A stretch of 64,000 nt of DNA from Alphaproteobacteria bacterium. Its GTDB lineage: Bacteria; Pseudomonadota; Alphaproteobacteria; Rs-D84. Positions 53,520 through 62,680 of this stretch are shown one piece after another; the first letter of the stretch is position 1; every line of letters starts with the position of its first letter. Made by a program: the position numbers and the translations under genes. The DNA is taken from positions 9,525-73,524 of the forward strand of contig JAFSOV010000016.1 in assembly GCA_017443235.1 (NCBI GenBank). Direction: 5' to 3'. The notes under the pieces are model-generated. The model ran no database searches and had not been told where the DNA came from. It worked only from the letters and a program-made list of their open reading frames with translations.

Positions 53520-54896
53520 ATGGTAAAAAAACTTATTGTTTTATTGATGTTGATTCAGCCCATGTTTGCGTGGGCTGAATCGCATAATGATGGTGCGATT
53601 GATGATTCGGACGAACAAAAATCCATTATGGAAATCACGATGTCGCCAGTTGATGCTGTAAAAATTGCCGGAAATTTGGTTTATGAAGGCAAATACAATA
53701 GCGCTTTACAGATTTTGACTAAAATGCCACAAACCGGTCAAAACGCGGTGGAAATTGAACGGTGGTATTTGATTGCGCAAATCGAGCAACGGCGTGGCAA
53801 TATTGATGAAGCAATTAAAATCTATCGCAAATTGTTGGACGAGCAACCCGATTTGGTCAAGATTCGTTATGAATTGGCTCAGTGCTATATGTTGCAAGAA
53901 AAATGGTATCGTGCCGATTATCATTTGCGCCTTGCGATGGCGGGAAACGATATTCCCGATGGTGTAAAACGCAGTATGATGTATTATCGATATGTTATTC
54001 GGCAAAATAAAAATTGGAATGTGTGGTTTAACTTTGGCGCCGCCCCCGATAATAATATAAACCAGGTTGCCGGTGGTGAAGAATGTATCACTAACGAATG
54101 GGGCGTGTTTTGCCGCCAATTACCCGAACCGATTTCTGCGGTTGGATACAATATGACTTTGGGTGGCGATTATGAATTTAAATTAAGCGATCATTGGCGC
54201 TGGAAAAACGACGCGAATTTATACGCAAACGTTTATAATAAACACGAATACGATGATTTATACTTTGGGGTATCGTCTGGCCCGCGCTATGTGTGGCAAA
54301 ACGGCGATATTTGGTTGGCGGGAATCGGTTTGCGGCGACTTTATGGTTGGGATGGGTACAATTGGTCATATGGTGGCAAGATAGATTTTAATTACGATTT
54401 ATCACGCCGTTGGGCAACGGGATTAAACCTTAGTTTTACGAATAATGTGTATGATGAATTTGCAGATTATATGAACGGTCAAACATATTCTGCAAATCAA
54501 AGAATTTCTTATTCGTTTGATGCATCAAAATATTTAATTCTGCGCGGCGGGGTTGCACGTGAAAATGCGGCCAGTGATATATATAAAAATTGGCGATATA
54601 TGGCGTCTTTGGGTTTCGGCGCAGAATTGCCGTGGGGATTTCACGTATATCTGGAACCGTCCGTTTCGTGGACAAATTATGATGGGGCGCGTTGGGCGGT
54701 TAAGAAAAATCATTTTACACAAATTACCGAACACGATGTAACGCAAAGATATACGATATCATTGTCAAACAATAAATTCGATATATGGGGATTTGTGCCG
54801 ACAATAACATTCGGCTATACGCGGCGCGATTCAAATATTAAAAATCGTGGGTACGACAAAATGGTGGTGGAATTTACTATGCGCCAAAGATTTTAG
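53520..54896 (+). CDS. Slam-family (surface lipoprotein assembly modulator) outer membrane protein: TPR plus a DUF560-like barrel
   Basis: A signal peptide, N-terminal TPR repeats (IERWYLIAQIEQRRGNIDEAIKIYRKLL...), and a C-terminal barrel ending ...VVEFTMRQRF. It lies immediately downstream of the lipoprotein. Confidence 0.6.
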   Translation: MVKKLIVLLMLIQPMFAWAESHNDGAIDDSDEQKSIMEITMSPVDAVKIAGNLVYEGKYNSALQILTKMPQTGQNAVEIERWYLIAQIEQRRGNIDEAIKIYRKLLDEQPDLVKIRYELAQCYMLQEKWYRADYHLRLAMAGNDIPDGVKRSMMYYRYVIRQNKNWNVWFNFGAAPDNNINQVAGGEECITNEWGVFCRQLPEPISAVGYNMTLGGDYEFKLSDHWRWKNDANLYANVYNKHEYDDLYFGVSSGPRYVWQNGDIWLAGIGLRRLYGWDGYNWSYGGKIDFNYDLSRRWATGLNLSFTNNVYDEFADYMNGQTYSANQRISYSFDASKYLILRGGVARENAASDIYKNWRYMASLGFGAELPWGFHVYLEPSVSWTNYDGARWAVKKNHFTQITEHDVTQRYTISLSNNKFDIWGFVPTITFGYTRRDSNIKNRGYDKMVVEFTMRQRF

Positions 54897-55060
54897 CGCG
54901 ATTGTTGTGATATGAATTTCTTGAATTCGATTAGGTAATTTTCCAGTGCAATTTTTTCATCGGCCAACACATTTTGCACGTTGCCACCGGTGGTCACATA
55001 TTGTAATAACCATTTACCATTTTTATCGTCCCATCTTATTGGATAGATGTTTTTAACCAT
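54893..55060 (-). CDS. small hypothetical protein (55 aa)
   Basis: Not in the ORF track. It translates as MVKNIYPIRWDDKNGKWLLQYVTTGGNVQNVLADEKIALENYLIEFKKFISQQSR, with an AAAGGAAAAAAG RBS. Confidence 0.25.
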   Translation of the reverse strand: MVKNIYPIRWDDKNGKWLLQYVTTGGNVQNVLADEKIALENYLIEFKKFISQQSR

Positions 55061-55081
55061 TTCTTTTTTCCTTTCATTTTT

Positions 55082-55645
55082 TTATTCTTGGATGATGCCG
55101 CGCCGGGCCAATGCCGTGACCAAATCCGGATAATGTTCCACGCGCCCCCTCAGGTGATGATTATACGGCGTATCCGGATTAGAAATCATCGCAACATCGA
55201 TACCGTTTGCCAAGCAATCCGCAACCACAATCGGTGAATCATCAAAGCATAAATCAATTCCGTAATTGCGCAGGGCATCAATCTTGGGTTTATAATTCAC
55301 GACCTGATTTCTGGCGCATTTGATACCGGCGCAGTTTAATTGACCAATATCCATATCCGCCGTGGCAATCGGGCGTTCGGTGATAAAATATACATCTGTA
55401 TCGGGCCGCGCCATTATCATATTTAGCATTTTTGGCAATTCCTTGTTCAACACCGGCATATCGCGTAATTCCACGGAATCAAATGCCGCCATTATTTCAT
55501 CTGCGACATGTTCAGGGACACATTGGTATGGGTCATATGATGTCAATAAATTAAAATCGACCCCGCTGCGCGCGCATATATTGCGTATCATAATTGCTGT
55601 ATTGAAAACCGTGTTATCTAAATCGATTGCGATTTTTAATATCAT
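55082..55645 (-). CDS. HAD-superfamily 5'(3')-deoxyribonucleotidase-like protein (NT5C family)
   Basis: The N-terminal KIAIDLDNTV DxD motif, which is typical of NT5C. Confidence 0.5.
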   Translation of the reverse strand: MILKIAIDLDNTVFNTAIMIRNICARSGVDFNLLTSYDPYQCVPEHVADEIMAAFDSVELRDMPVLNKELPKMLNMIMARPDTDVYFITERPIATADMDIGQLNCAGIKCARNQVVNYKPKIDALRNYGIDLCFDDSPIVVADCLANGIDVAMISNPDTPYNHHLRGRVEHYPDLVTALARRGIIQE

Positions 55646-55889
55646 ATCGCTTCCTTGGTTTGCGCCATTATACATACGGAACAGGGCGCCGCCAAGTAAA
55701 ATTTAAGGTTTTTTTAATAATTACTTTGACAATTGAAATAAAAACATGCATAATGGGCGCGTGCAACGTGGAACAGATATGAAAATGAACGGCAAGAAAT
55801 TTTTGTAACGGCGGTGCGACCATAAAGTAATTTACGGGCGCACCTTTTCGGTGCCCCGTTTTTTTAAGAAAAACAAAAAGGAAAAACGT

Positions 55890-57359
55890 ATGTCAGAAAA
55901 TGCAACAACAATGTCCACAAACGAATTGACGGCCCGTCTGCAAAAGGCTGAAAACATCCGCGCCCGTGATGGCGTTGTATGGAAAGATAAATTTGACCGT
56001 ACGCATACAATTGCGGAATCACGCGAATTGGCGGATGGTACGGCGGTAAAACTTTGTGGACGTGTAACGGCGTTGCGGTGGCTTGGTAAATTAATGTTTG
56101 GGCGCATTTATGACATAAATGGTGAAATTCAGTTTTCTATGTCGCGCGAAGAACTGGGTGAAGAAAACTATAAATTTATGAAGGCCAATGTTGATATGGG
56201 CGACTTTATCGGCATTACCGGTGAATTGTACCATACAACCGCCGGTGAATTGACGGTGCGTGTGTCGCAATATGAAATCTTGGCCAAGGCGTTGCGTCCG
56301 TTGCCGGAAAAATTCCACGGTTTAACCGATATGGAAACGCGTTATCGCCAACGTTATTTGGATATTATTTCGAATCCGGAATCGCGCGCGGCACTGCTGG
56401 GGCGGTTCAAAATGACGCAACATCTGCGTGACTTTATGAACGACCATGGATTTTTAGAAATTGAAACTCCGATTATGCAAAATATCGCGTCCGGTGCGGC
56501 GGCGCGCCCATTTACAACACACCACAATGCGTTGGATGCGGATTTCCAATTACGTATTTCGCCGGAATTATTCTTAAAGATGGCGATTGGTGCGGGATTT
56601 GACCGTGTCTATGAAGTGGCCAAGGATTTCCGTAACGAAGGCATGGATGCGATGCACCTGCAAGAATTCACTATGATTGAATGGTATGCCGCATATTGGG
56701 ATTACAAACGTAATATTGAATTTACCTGGGCATTGGTTCAAGATTTGATTATGCGCGCACGTGGCACATTGCAAATTGAATACCAAGGAACCAAACTGGA
56801 CTTTTCAAAATATGAAATGATAGATTACACCGCAAAAATGAACGAATTTTTCGGGTGCAACATTTTGGACTTTGACGATGTGGACGTTTTGCGTCAAAAA
56901 TTGGTTGATGAAGGCATGTTCCCAATGGATGAATTGGAAGACTTAAAGTCATTGGCGACATTGGTTGACTATGTGTATAAACGCAAAATCCGCGACAAAA
57001 TTGTTCAGCCAACAATCCTGTACAATTATCCAACGTATATGGTACCATTGGCGCGGCACAACAATGATGACGACCGCCGTTTGGATATGTATCAATTATT
57101 GGTTGCCGGCGGCGAATTGTGCAAGGGTTATTCAGAGTTGGTGAATCCAATTCAGCAAGCCAAGGCATTTGAAGACCAGGCAAAAAGTATCGAAGGGGGC
57201 GAACAGGAAGCATTTAATCCCGACAACGACTTTGTTCGTGCGATGGAACATGGTTTCCCGCCGATTTCCGGTGTGGGTATGGGAATTGACCGACTGGCCG
57301 CGATTGTTTTTGACCAACCAACACTGCGCGATGTCATATTGTTCCCGATTATGAAATAA
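55890..57359 (+). CDS. lysS: lysine--tRNA ligase (class II)
   Basis: An N-terminal OB fold, then class II motifs ...FLEIETPIM..., ...EFTMIEWY... and ...GGELCKGYSEL...GMGIDRL. Confidence 0.9.
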   Translation: MSENATTMSTNELTARLQKAENIRARDGVVWKDKFDRTHTIAESRELADGTAVKLCGRVTALRWLGKLMFGRIYDINGEIQFSMSREELGEENYKFMKANVDMGDFIGITGELYHTTAGELTVRVSQYEILAKALRPLPEKFHGLTDMETRYRQRYLDIISNPESRAALLGRFKMTQHLRDFMNDHGFLEIETPIMQNIASGAAARPFTTHHNALDADFQLRISPELFLKMAIGAGFDRVYEVAKDFRNEGMDAMHLQEFTMIEWYAAYWDYKRNIEFTWALVQDLIMRARGTLQIEYQGTKLDFSKYEMIDYTAKMNEFFGCNILDFDDVDVLRQKLVDEGMFPMDELEDLKSLATLVDYVYKRKIRDKIVQPTILYNYPTYMVPLARHNNDDDRRLDMYQLLVAGGELCKGYSELVNPIQQAKAFEDQAKSIEGGEQEAFNPDNDFVRAMEHGFPPISGVGMGIDRLAAIVFDQPTLRDVILFPIMK

Positions 57360-57363
57360 GAAA

Positions 57364-58746
57364 ATGAAACCAGATATAAATCTTTTGACCGCAGACCACG
57401 ACCGACATAATATTGCCTTTATTGACAAGGCGCGCGCCGTGGGTCGTATAAATGACGAGGCGGCGGAATATATGACGCGACTTTACAGTGACGGTATGCG
57501 TTCCTATCGCGAGGTTTTTCATGTCTTGGGCAAATGTTTCGGCGCGCCCAAGGCGGCGGTGACGGAATACGACCCCGTGACGGATTTGCCCGTTGATAAA
57601 CCGATTAAGATTGCGGACATAAACCCACTGTCATCGTATTTGGTGAATCACCGTTTGGACGCAGACCCAATGCGAAACCAATTCTTTACGTCGGGTGCAT
57701 CGCATAAAATTGATTTGTCTGTGTCATCAATTGTGACGGTCATTGTCGCCGCCCAGAAAGACGTCGAACGTGCGATGGACAAGGTCACCGGTAAATATTA
57801 TCGTTTCTTTACCGAAGATGTTATCGATTCTGTGTGGCATGTTTTGTCGGGCGCGCGTGGTGAAAAATATGCGGGTGCGGTAATCGAAAGAATTCGTAAA
57901 TATTTTGCCACGCGGTATGTGACAGACGCGTCTGAGGCGGTTTTGTCCATCGTAGATGACGCAGATAAAAAATTGATTGCAAACCTGGTGCGCGAATTGG
58001 ACCAGATTAAAAAACCGCATCACCACTTAAACGATGTTTGGCGCGTAAAATGTTTATTTGATTTGATACCCCAGGCACGCACCTTTATCGAACGGTTGAA
58101 TGTTATGATGCCGGAACGGGTGCTGACGGTGCGTGACAAATTCTATGACATTGGCAATCCGCGCAATTATCGTGATTCCAAGGTTATCGTGAACATCGGC
58201 ACACCGGATTGTGTTATCCCCATGGAGATTATATGCCAGGTTCGCACGTTCTTTGAATTTGAACGCAAAACGCACGAATATTATGCACTGATTCGCGAAA
58301 ACCCAAATATGGAAAATGCCAAAATTGAAAAAGAATTGGCGGAATTTATGGAAAACGGAATCCGTGAATACAACCTTATGATATGTAATTGCTTGGACGA
58401 TTTGTTTGACCGCGTTGGGTGGAATATTTTATACAGTCGCGCCGGCGATGTCACATTGTTCGAAGGTTTCCCGCGCGAATGCAAGTTATATTACCCCGCA
58501 AATATGTTGGAAACTATATTCAGCAAATTGGACCGTGCGGTCAAGAATGAGATTTTTCATATCACCAATTCATCATCAAAATTGGATTTGACCCAACAAA
58601 TTGCCATTTTCCGTTTTATGGCGCGTTTTATCTTGGTTTCGGCACTGCCGCGTGCGCGTGCGGGTGCGAATATTCCGGGCGACGGTTTGGCGGCCCGTCT
58701 GTTTAATTTTGTTATGAACGAAGTTTATCGGTATTACAAGAAGTAG
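57364..58746 (+). CDS. hypothetical protein (460 aa), effector-like
   Basis: A clean ORF with no recognised domain. It is co-oriented immediately after lysS. Confidence 0.45.
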   Translation: MKPDINLLTADHDRHNIAFIDKARAVGRINDEAAEYMTRLYSDGMRSYREVFHVLGKCFGAPKAAVTEYDPVTDLPVDKPIKIADINPLSSYLVNHRLDADPMRNQFFTSGASHKIDLSVSSIVTVIVAAQKDVERAMDKVTGKYYRFFTEDVIDSVWHVLSGARGEKYAGAVIERIRKYFATRYVTDASEAVLSIVDDADKKLIANLVRELDQIKKPHHHLNDVWRVKCLFDLIPQARTFIERLNVMMPERVLTVRDKFYDIGNPRNYRDSKVIVNIGTPDCVIPMEIICQVRTFFEFERKTHEYYALIRENPNMENAKIEKELAEFMENGIREYNLMICNCLDDLFDRVGWNILYSRAGDVTLFEGFPRECKLYYPANMLETIFSKLDRAVKNEIFHITNSSSKLDLTQQIAIFRFMARFILVSALPRARAGANIPGDGLAARLFNFVMNEVYRYYKK

Positions 58747-58878
58747 GGCGGGCCGGGGACAAATATCCTTTTGGTCACATATGATATTTTCTTGATTTTA
58801 CATTTTTATTGTGACAAGATTTAACCAGATGCAACTGGGCTCGGTTGAATCATAACAAAGGTAGCAAAGGAAAAAAAG

Positions 58879-59223
58879 ATGCGCCAAGGTAAAGTAAAAT
58901 GGTATAACGGCAAAAAATGTTTCGGCTTTATTGCGCCGGACACGCCAAATGAAGACGGCAATACAGATGATGTTTTTGTTCATTCCAGTTCTTTGAAAAA
59001 TGCAGATTTGCGTTTCCTGAACGAAGGCGATATTGTTGAATTTGAAGAAGAAGTTCGTAATGGCAAATTGTCTGTGACAACAATTAAATTGATTCAACGC
59101 GATGAAGAATCTGCAAAAAGATTCCAAGAACGTCGCGCCGAACGCAGACGCGCCCGCGAAGAAAGAAAAAGTCGCGAAGAACACAAAGAAAAAAAATCCG
59201 GCTTTGCGTTTTGGAAAAAATAA
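58879..59223 (+). CDS. cold-shock domain protein with basic C-terminal tail
   Basis: GKVKWYNGKKCFGFI...DVFVHSSSL CSD motifs and an Arg/Glu/Lys-rich tail. Confidence 0.8.
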   Translation: MRQGKVKWYNGKKCFGFIAPDTPNEDGNTDDVFVHSSSLKNADLRFLNEGDIVEFEEEVRNGKLSVTTIKLIQRDEESAKRFQERRAERRRAREERKSREEHKEKKSGFAFWKK

Positions 59224-59230
59224 AAATTTT

Positions 59231-59258
59231 AATCCCGCCTATGCGGGATTTTTTTACG
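59231..59258 (+). terminator. rho-independent terminator aatcccgcctatgcgggattttttt
   Basis: A perfect hairpin plus T7. Confidence 0.65.
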
Positions 59259-59280
59259 GACATCCCCGCCCACCAATAAC

Positions 59281-59370
59281 ACCCGTCGCGGCCGCGGCAT
59301 ATCTCGCTGTGGCGCAAGCGTAAGCGGATGCCGGGACGGACCGACCACTAACACTAACCACTATTTATTT
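59281..59370. repeat. dispersed element copy: CCCGTCGCGGCCGCGGCA...GCCGGGACGG hairpin plus a CCACTAACACTAACCACTATTT heptad tail
   Basis: It shares its 5' 19 nt, GCCGGGACGGAC and the CACTAACCACTATTT tail with 62627-62680. Confidence 0.6.
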
Positions 59371-59422
59371 GATTTTATAACATCTTGGTGTAAAATATGC
59401 TTATACAACAAAGGAGTTTTAT

Positions 59423-59968
59423 ATGTGGACGGCAATTGGTATTGTGGCGGTTTTGGTTTTGTATATTATCGCGGTTTATAATGGTCTTGTTTCCCGCCGG
59501 AACCAGGCGCGCGAGGCATGGGCAACAATCGACACGCAATTAAAACGGCGGTATGATTTGATACCGAATTTGGTGGAAACGGTACGTGGCGCGGCGGCAC
59601 ATGAAAAAGATACTTTATCTGCGGTAATTGCGGCCCGCAACAGCGCGATGTCCACAAATCCATTGGATGGTGCGTCGGCCGAACGTGGATTGACCGGTGC
59701 ATTGAATAAGTTGTTCGCGTTGGGGGAAGCATACCCGACACTGCGTGCAAATGAAAATTTCTTGGAATTGCAACGCGAATTGACGGATACAGAAACCAAG
59801 ATTCAATCGGCACGTCAATTTTATAATACGGTGGTAATGGCACTGAATACCCAAATTCAACAGTTCCCATCAAACATTGTTGCGCGTATGTTTGGTATCA
59901 CGCCGGAAAAACTATTTGAAATGGATGAAACCGAACGTCACGCCCCAAAGGTCAGTTTTAATAAATAA
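59423..59968 (+). CDS. lemA: LemA family protein
   Basis: An N-terminal TM segment plus a conserved LemA core (YNGLVSRRNQAREAWATIDTQLKRRYDLIPNLV). Confidence 0.8.
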   Translation: MWTAIGIVAVLVLYIIAVYNGLVSRRNQAREAWATIDTQLKRRYDLIPNLVETVRGAAAHEKDTLSAVIAARNSAMSTNPLDGASAERGLTGALNKLFALGEAYPTLRANENFLELQRELTDTETKIQSARQFYNTVVMALNTQIQQFPSNIVARMFGITPEKLFEMDETERHAPKVSFNK

Positions 59969-59991
59969 CTTTTTATTAAGCAAAAATAAAA

Positions 59992-60017
59992 ACACCCGCA
60001 ATTGCGGATGTTTTTTT
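59992..60017. terminator. bidirectional terminator acacccgcaattgcggatgttttttt
   Basis: A hairpin with a T-run. It lies between convergent genes. Confidence 0.6.
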
Positions 60018-60033
60018 ATCGTAACATCTTGGA

Positions 60034-60423
60034 TTAAAATTCGGGACGTTCGCGCATATCACGGCGCATCGCACGTTTCACCGCGCGGAATTCTTGTTCG
60101 GTCACGCATCCATTTGCATCAGCGTCCGCAACCGCCAATGCTTCCTGCATTTTTGGACATTTAACAGACGTCGTATCCAAACACCCATTCACAAATACCG
60201 AATGCATATGCGGCATTTTTGGACCGTGTTTGTGACATGGGCACACAAAAAAGAATGCGACCAAGAATCCCAATATAAACATTCCGCCCAAATAGAACGC
60301 CTTTTTCATTGGGGTGCATTTGCAACCGCAATGCATTTCATGCAGTTCTGGTGCCGGCGCGACGGCGGGTTTTACGACCCGTTTTGTCGTGGTGCGTTTA
60401 GTTGTTTTTGTTGTCTTTGGCAT
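60034..60423 (-). CDS. Cys/His-rich membrane protein with C-terminal EF-hand-like loop
   Basis: AAAGGAAGGA RBS. It has a TM helix, HCGCKC and CPCHKHGPKMPHMH motifs, and a DADANGCVTEQEF motif that fits the EF-hand loop consensus. Confidence 0.4.
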   Translation of the reverse strand: MPKTTKTTKRTTTKRVVKPAVAPAPELHEMHCGCKCTPMKKAFYLGGMFILGFLVAFFFVCPCHKHGPKMPHMHSVFVNGCLDTTSVKCPKMQEALAVADADANGCVTEQEFRAVKRAMRRDMRERPEF

Positions 60424-60488
60424 ATTTCCTTCCTTTGGTTTTGACGAATTCATTCTATAAAAATTAAATTTTAATGTCCAGAATTTTT

Positions 60489-60510
60489 TTGAAAAATCAA
60501 ACGCCCCAAA
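60489..60510 (-). terminator. terminator hairpin aacgccccgtttggggcgtt downstream of rnj
   Basis: A perfect hairpin with a T-rich tract on the minus strand. Confidence 0.5.
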
Positions 60511-60521
60511 CGGGGCGTTAA

Positions 60522-62354
60522 CTATTTTTGAACGAAATGCACACTGTATTGTGGCTTCTTATCCGCCCCCAGTGATGCCCGCACAACCTTGTTCGCGGCG
60601 GCCTGAACCGCCCGGGCCAGGTTATCTTGTGATTTCCTTTCGGCCTTGGACAATGCGTCAATTGCCCGTGTTATTTCAATCTGGATTTGACGTTTCATAA
60701 ACCCGGTTGTGTCGGATTCGAATATACCGGCACTGGAAACCTCAGGCGTGCCCTTTAGAAATCCGCGCTTATCAACCGGCAAAGTCACGAATATCGCGCC
60801 GTTCGAAGCAATTTTCTTGCGGTTTTTATAGACTTGGTCATTGGCACTGCGCTCGGTTTCGCCCTCCATAACAACGAATCCGGTTTCTATTGTTTCGCAA
60901 ACATATGGTTCTGCGCCGTCCGCCAACGCGACCATTTCGCCGTTGCGAACCAACATCATATGTTTCGCGCCGCCACGTTCCATTGCCATTTTCCCGTTCA
61001 GCATTTCATTGATATAATCGCCATGCATCGGGATTGAAACCTGGGGATGAACCATATCATAGAACCGTTCGAATTCTGGGCGTCCGGCATGGCCACTGGC
61101 GTGGACGTGGTCGGTATCGTAAATCGTGTGTGTGCGAATTCCCATCCGTGCCAATTTGTTATACAGGAACGATACATCCTGTTCGCGGCCCGGAATAATA
61201 ATAGAACTGAACACCACCGTATCGGTCGGCATAAGTTTCATTTCCTTTACCTGGCCACGGCACAGACGTGTCAGCATTGCAAACTTTTCACCCTGGGACC
61301 CGGTCAAGAATATCGCCTGTTTTTCGGCCGGCAAATCTTTGATTTCCGAAAATTGATACACATCGTCTTCGTTCAGGTATTTGAATTCGATTCCAATTTC
61401 GCGGAATTCGGGCAGGCCGACATATGGGACGGGACTTGGGTTGCTGCGTTCTTTGATTGCGGCAACGCGGCCCGCGGCATGTGCGGCATCGGCAAACATT
61501 TTCATCCGGGCCAGGCTTCGCGAATAACCGGTGACAATAACACGCCCCGGGGCATTCCGCATAATTTCGGTCAATGTGTCGCGAACCTGAATCTCGGTCG
61601 TTTGAACGGTTTGTCGCGCAGACGAAGTAGAATCGCACACGCACGCCAACAATTTCGGGTCGGCCCCAATTTCACGCAAACGCGCATAGTCGGTTCCCGG
61701 CTCAATCGGGTTGTCATCGTTGAACGTCCAATCGCCGGTATGCAGAATTTTCCCGGCACCGGTTTTGATAATCAACATTTGCGCCTCGGGCACAGAATGG
61801 CTAACGTGGAAAGTTTCAATTGTAAAAGGTTTCAAATCCAACGTTGCGCCGGCGGCATCAAATTCCACAATGTCGCGCTTTGGGTCAAATTCCAATTCAA
61901 TTCCGCGGAACGTGCGGCGCAGAATTTCCGCCGGGAATCGCGTGCAGTAAATTGGTTTCTTGAACTTTGGCCAAATGTACTTCAATGCACCAATATGGTC
62001 TTCGTGGCCGTGGGTCACAACAAATGCAACCACGTCTTTCTTGCGTTTTTCAAGCCAAGTTGTGTCGCAATATTGCACGTCGCCGGCACCGATTTCTTCT
62101 TCCAGAAATCCCATACCGCAATCGATGACCAAGAATTTACCCTTATATTTATACAGGTACATATTTTGCCCGACGTGTTCCAATCCGCCCAGCGCCATAA
62201 AATAAACCTTGTCATCGTTTTCGTCTGATTCCGGGTTAGTGTGTTTTTTTGAATCATTCGCCCGGTCGGCGGAAACATGAACCGTCAAATCTTCGTCCGC
62301 GGTATCAATATCTTCGACCACTTCTGGTTCAATATGTTTATGTAATTTAACCAT
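60522..62354 (-). CDS. rnj: ribonuclease J (beta-CASP metallo-beta-lactamase RNase)
   Basis: VVTHGHEDHIGAL motif and beta-CASP motifs, with an N-terminal acidic extension. Confidence 0.85.
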   Translation of the reverse strand: MVKLHKHIEPEVVEDIDTADEDLTVHVSADRANDSKKHTNPESDENDDKVYFMALGGLEHVGQNMYLYKYKGKFLVIDCGMGFLEEEIGAGDVQYCDTTWLEKRKKDVVAFVVTHGHEDHIGALKYIWPKFKKPIYCTRFPAEILRRTFRGIELEFDPKRDIVEFDAAGATLDLKPFTIETFHVSHSVPEAQMLIIKTGAGKILHTGDWTFNDDNPIEPGTDYARLREIGADPKLLACVCDSTSSARQTVQTTEIQVRDTLTEIMRNAPGRVIVTGYSRSLARMKMFADAAHAAGRVAAIKERSNPSPVPYVGLPEFREIGIEFKYLNEDDVYQFSEIKDLPAEKQAIFLTGSQGEKFAMLTRLCRGQVKEMKLMPTDTVVFSSIIIPGREQDVSFLYNKLARMGIRTHTIYDTDHVHASGHAGRPEFERFYDMVHPQVSIPMHGDYINEMLNGKMAMERGGAKHMMLVRNGEMVALADGAEPYVCETIETGFVVMEGETERSANDQVYKNRKKIASNGAIFVTLPVDKRGFLKGTPEVSSAGIFESDTTGFMKRQIQIEITRAIDALSKAERKSQDNLARAVQAAANKVVRASLGADKKPQYSVHFVQK

Positions 62355-62520
62355 TTAATAAAATCCTTTATTTATAGTTTAACATTTCCGCAATCACGCG
62401 AATTCATTACCAATAGAGCAGGCGCTTTATTTGCAGTGAATCTGTGATTGCGGGGCTGTGCGGTGCTATATCAACCGCACCACGCGACAAATAATACACG
62501 GTTTTTATCAAAAACACAAG

Positions 62521-62680
62521 GAAAATAGTGATTAGTGGATAGTGTTAGTGGCTAGTGATTTCTGGAATAAGTTCATAATTACAAACTAATTCTAAAACCA
62601 ACTAACCACTAACCACTTACACTAAAACCCGTCGCGGCCGCGGCACCAATGGTGCCGGGACGGACTAACCACTATTTCTG
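62521..62680. repeat. dispersed element, full copy: TTAGTGG heptad palindrome plus CCCGTCGCGGCCGCGGCACCAATGGTGCCGGGACGG hairpin plus a CTAACCACTATTT tail
   Basis: The left arm GTGATTAGTGGATAGTGTTAGTGGCTAGTGATT and the right arm AACCAACTAACCACTAACCACTTACACTAA are inverted heptad arrays. A GC hairpin follows. The element abuts the ackA stop. Confidence 0.65.

Noticed and set aside
55836-55868. A hairpin plus T-run just upstream of lysS as a terminator or attenuator
   Set aside because: The stem is imperfect (GGGCGCACC paired with GGTGCCCC) and it sits in the lysS leader with no upstream co-directional gene. That is insufficient to call it.
61047-62228. A 393-aa ORF on the plus strand
   Set aside because: It is entirely antisense to the strongly supported RNase J gene and has a low-complexity, Arg-rich translation that looks like codon-complement artefact.
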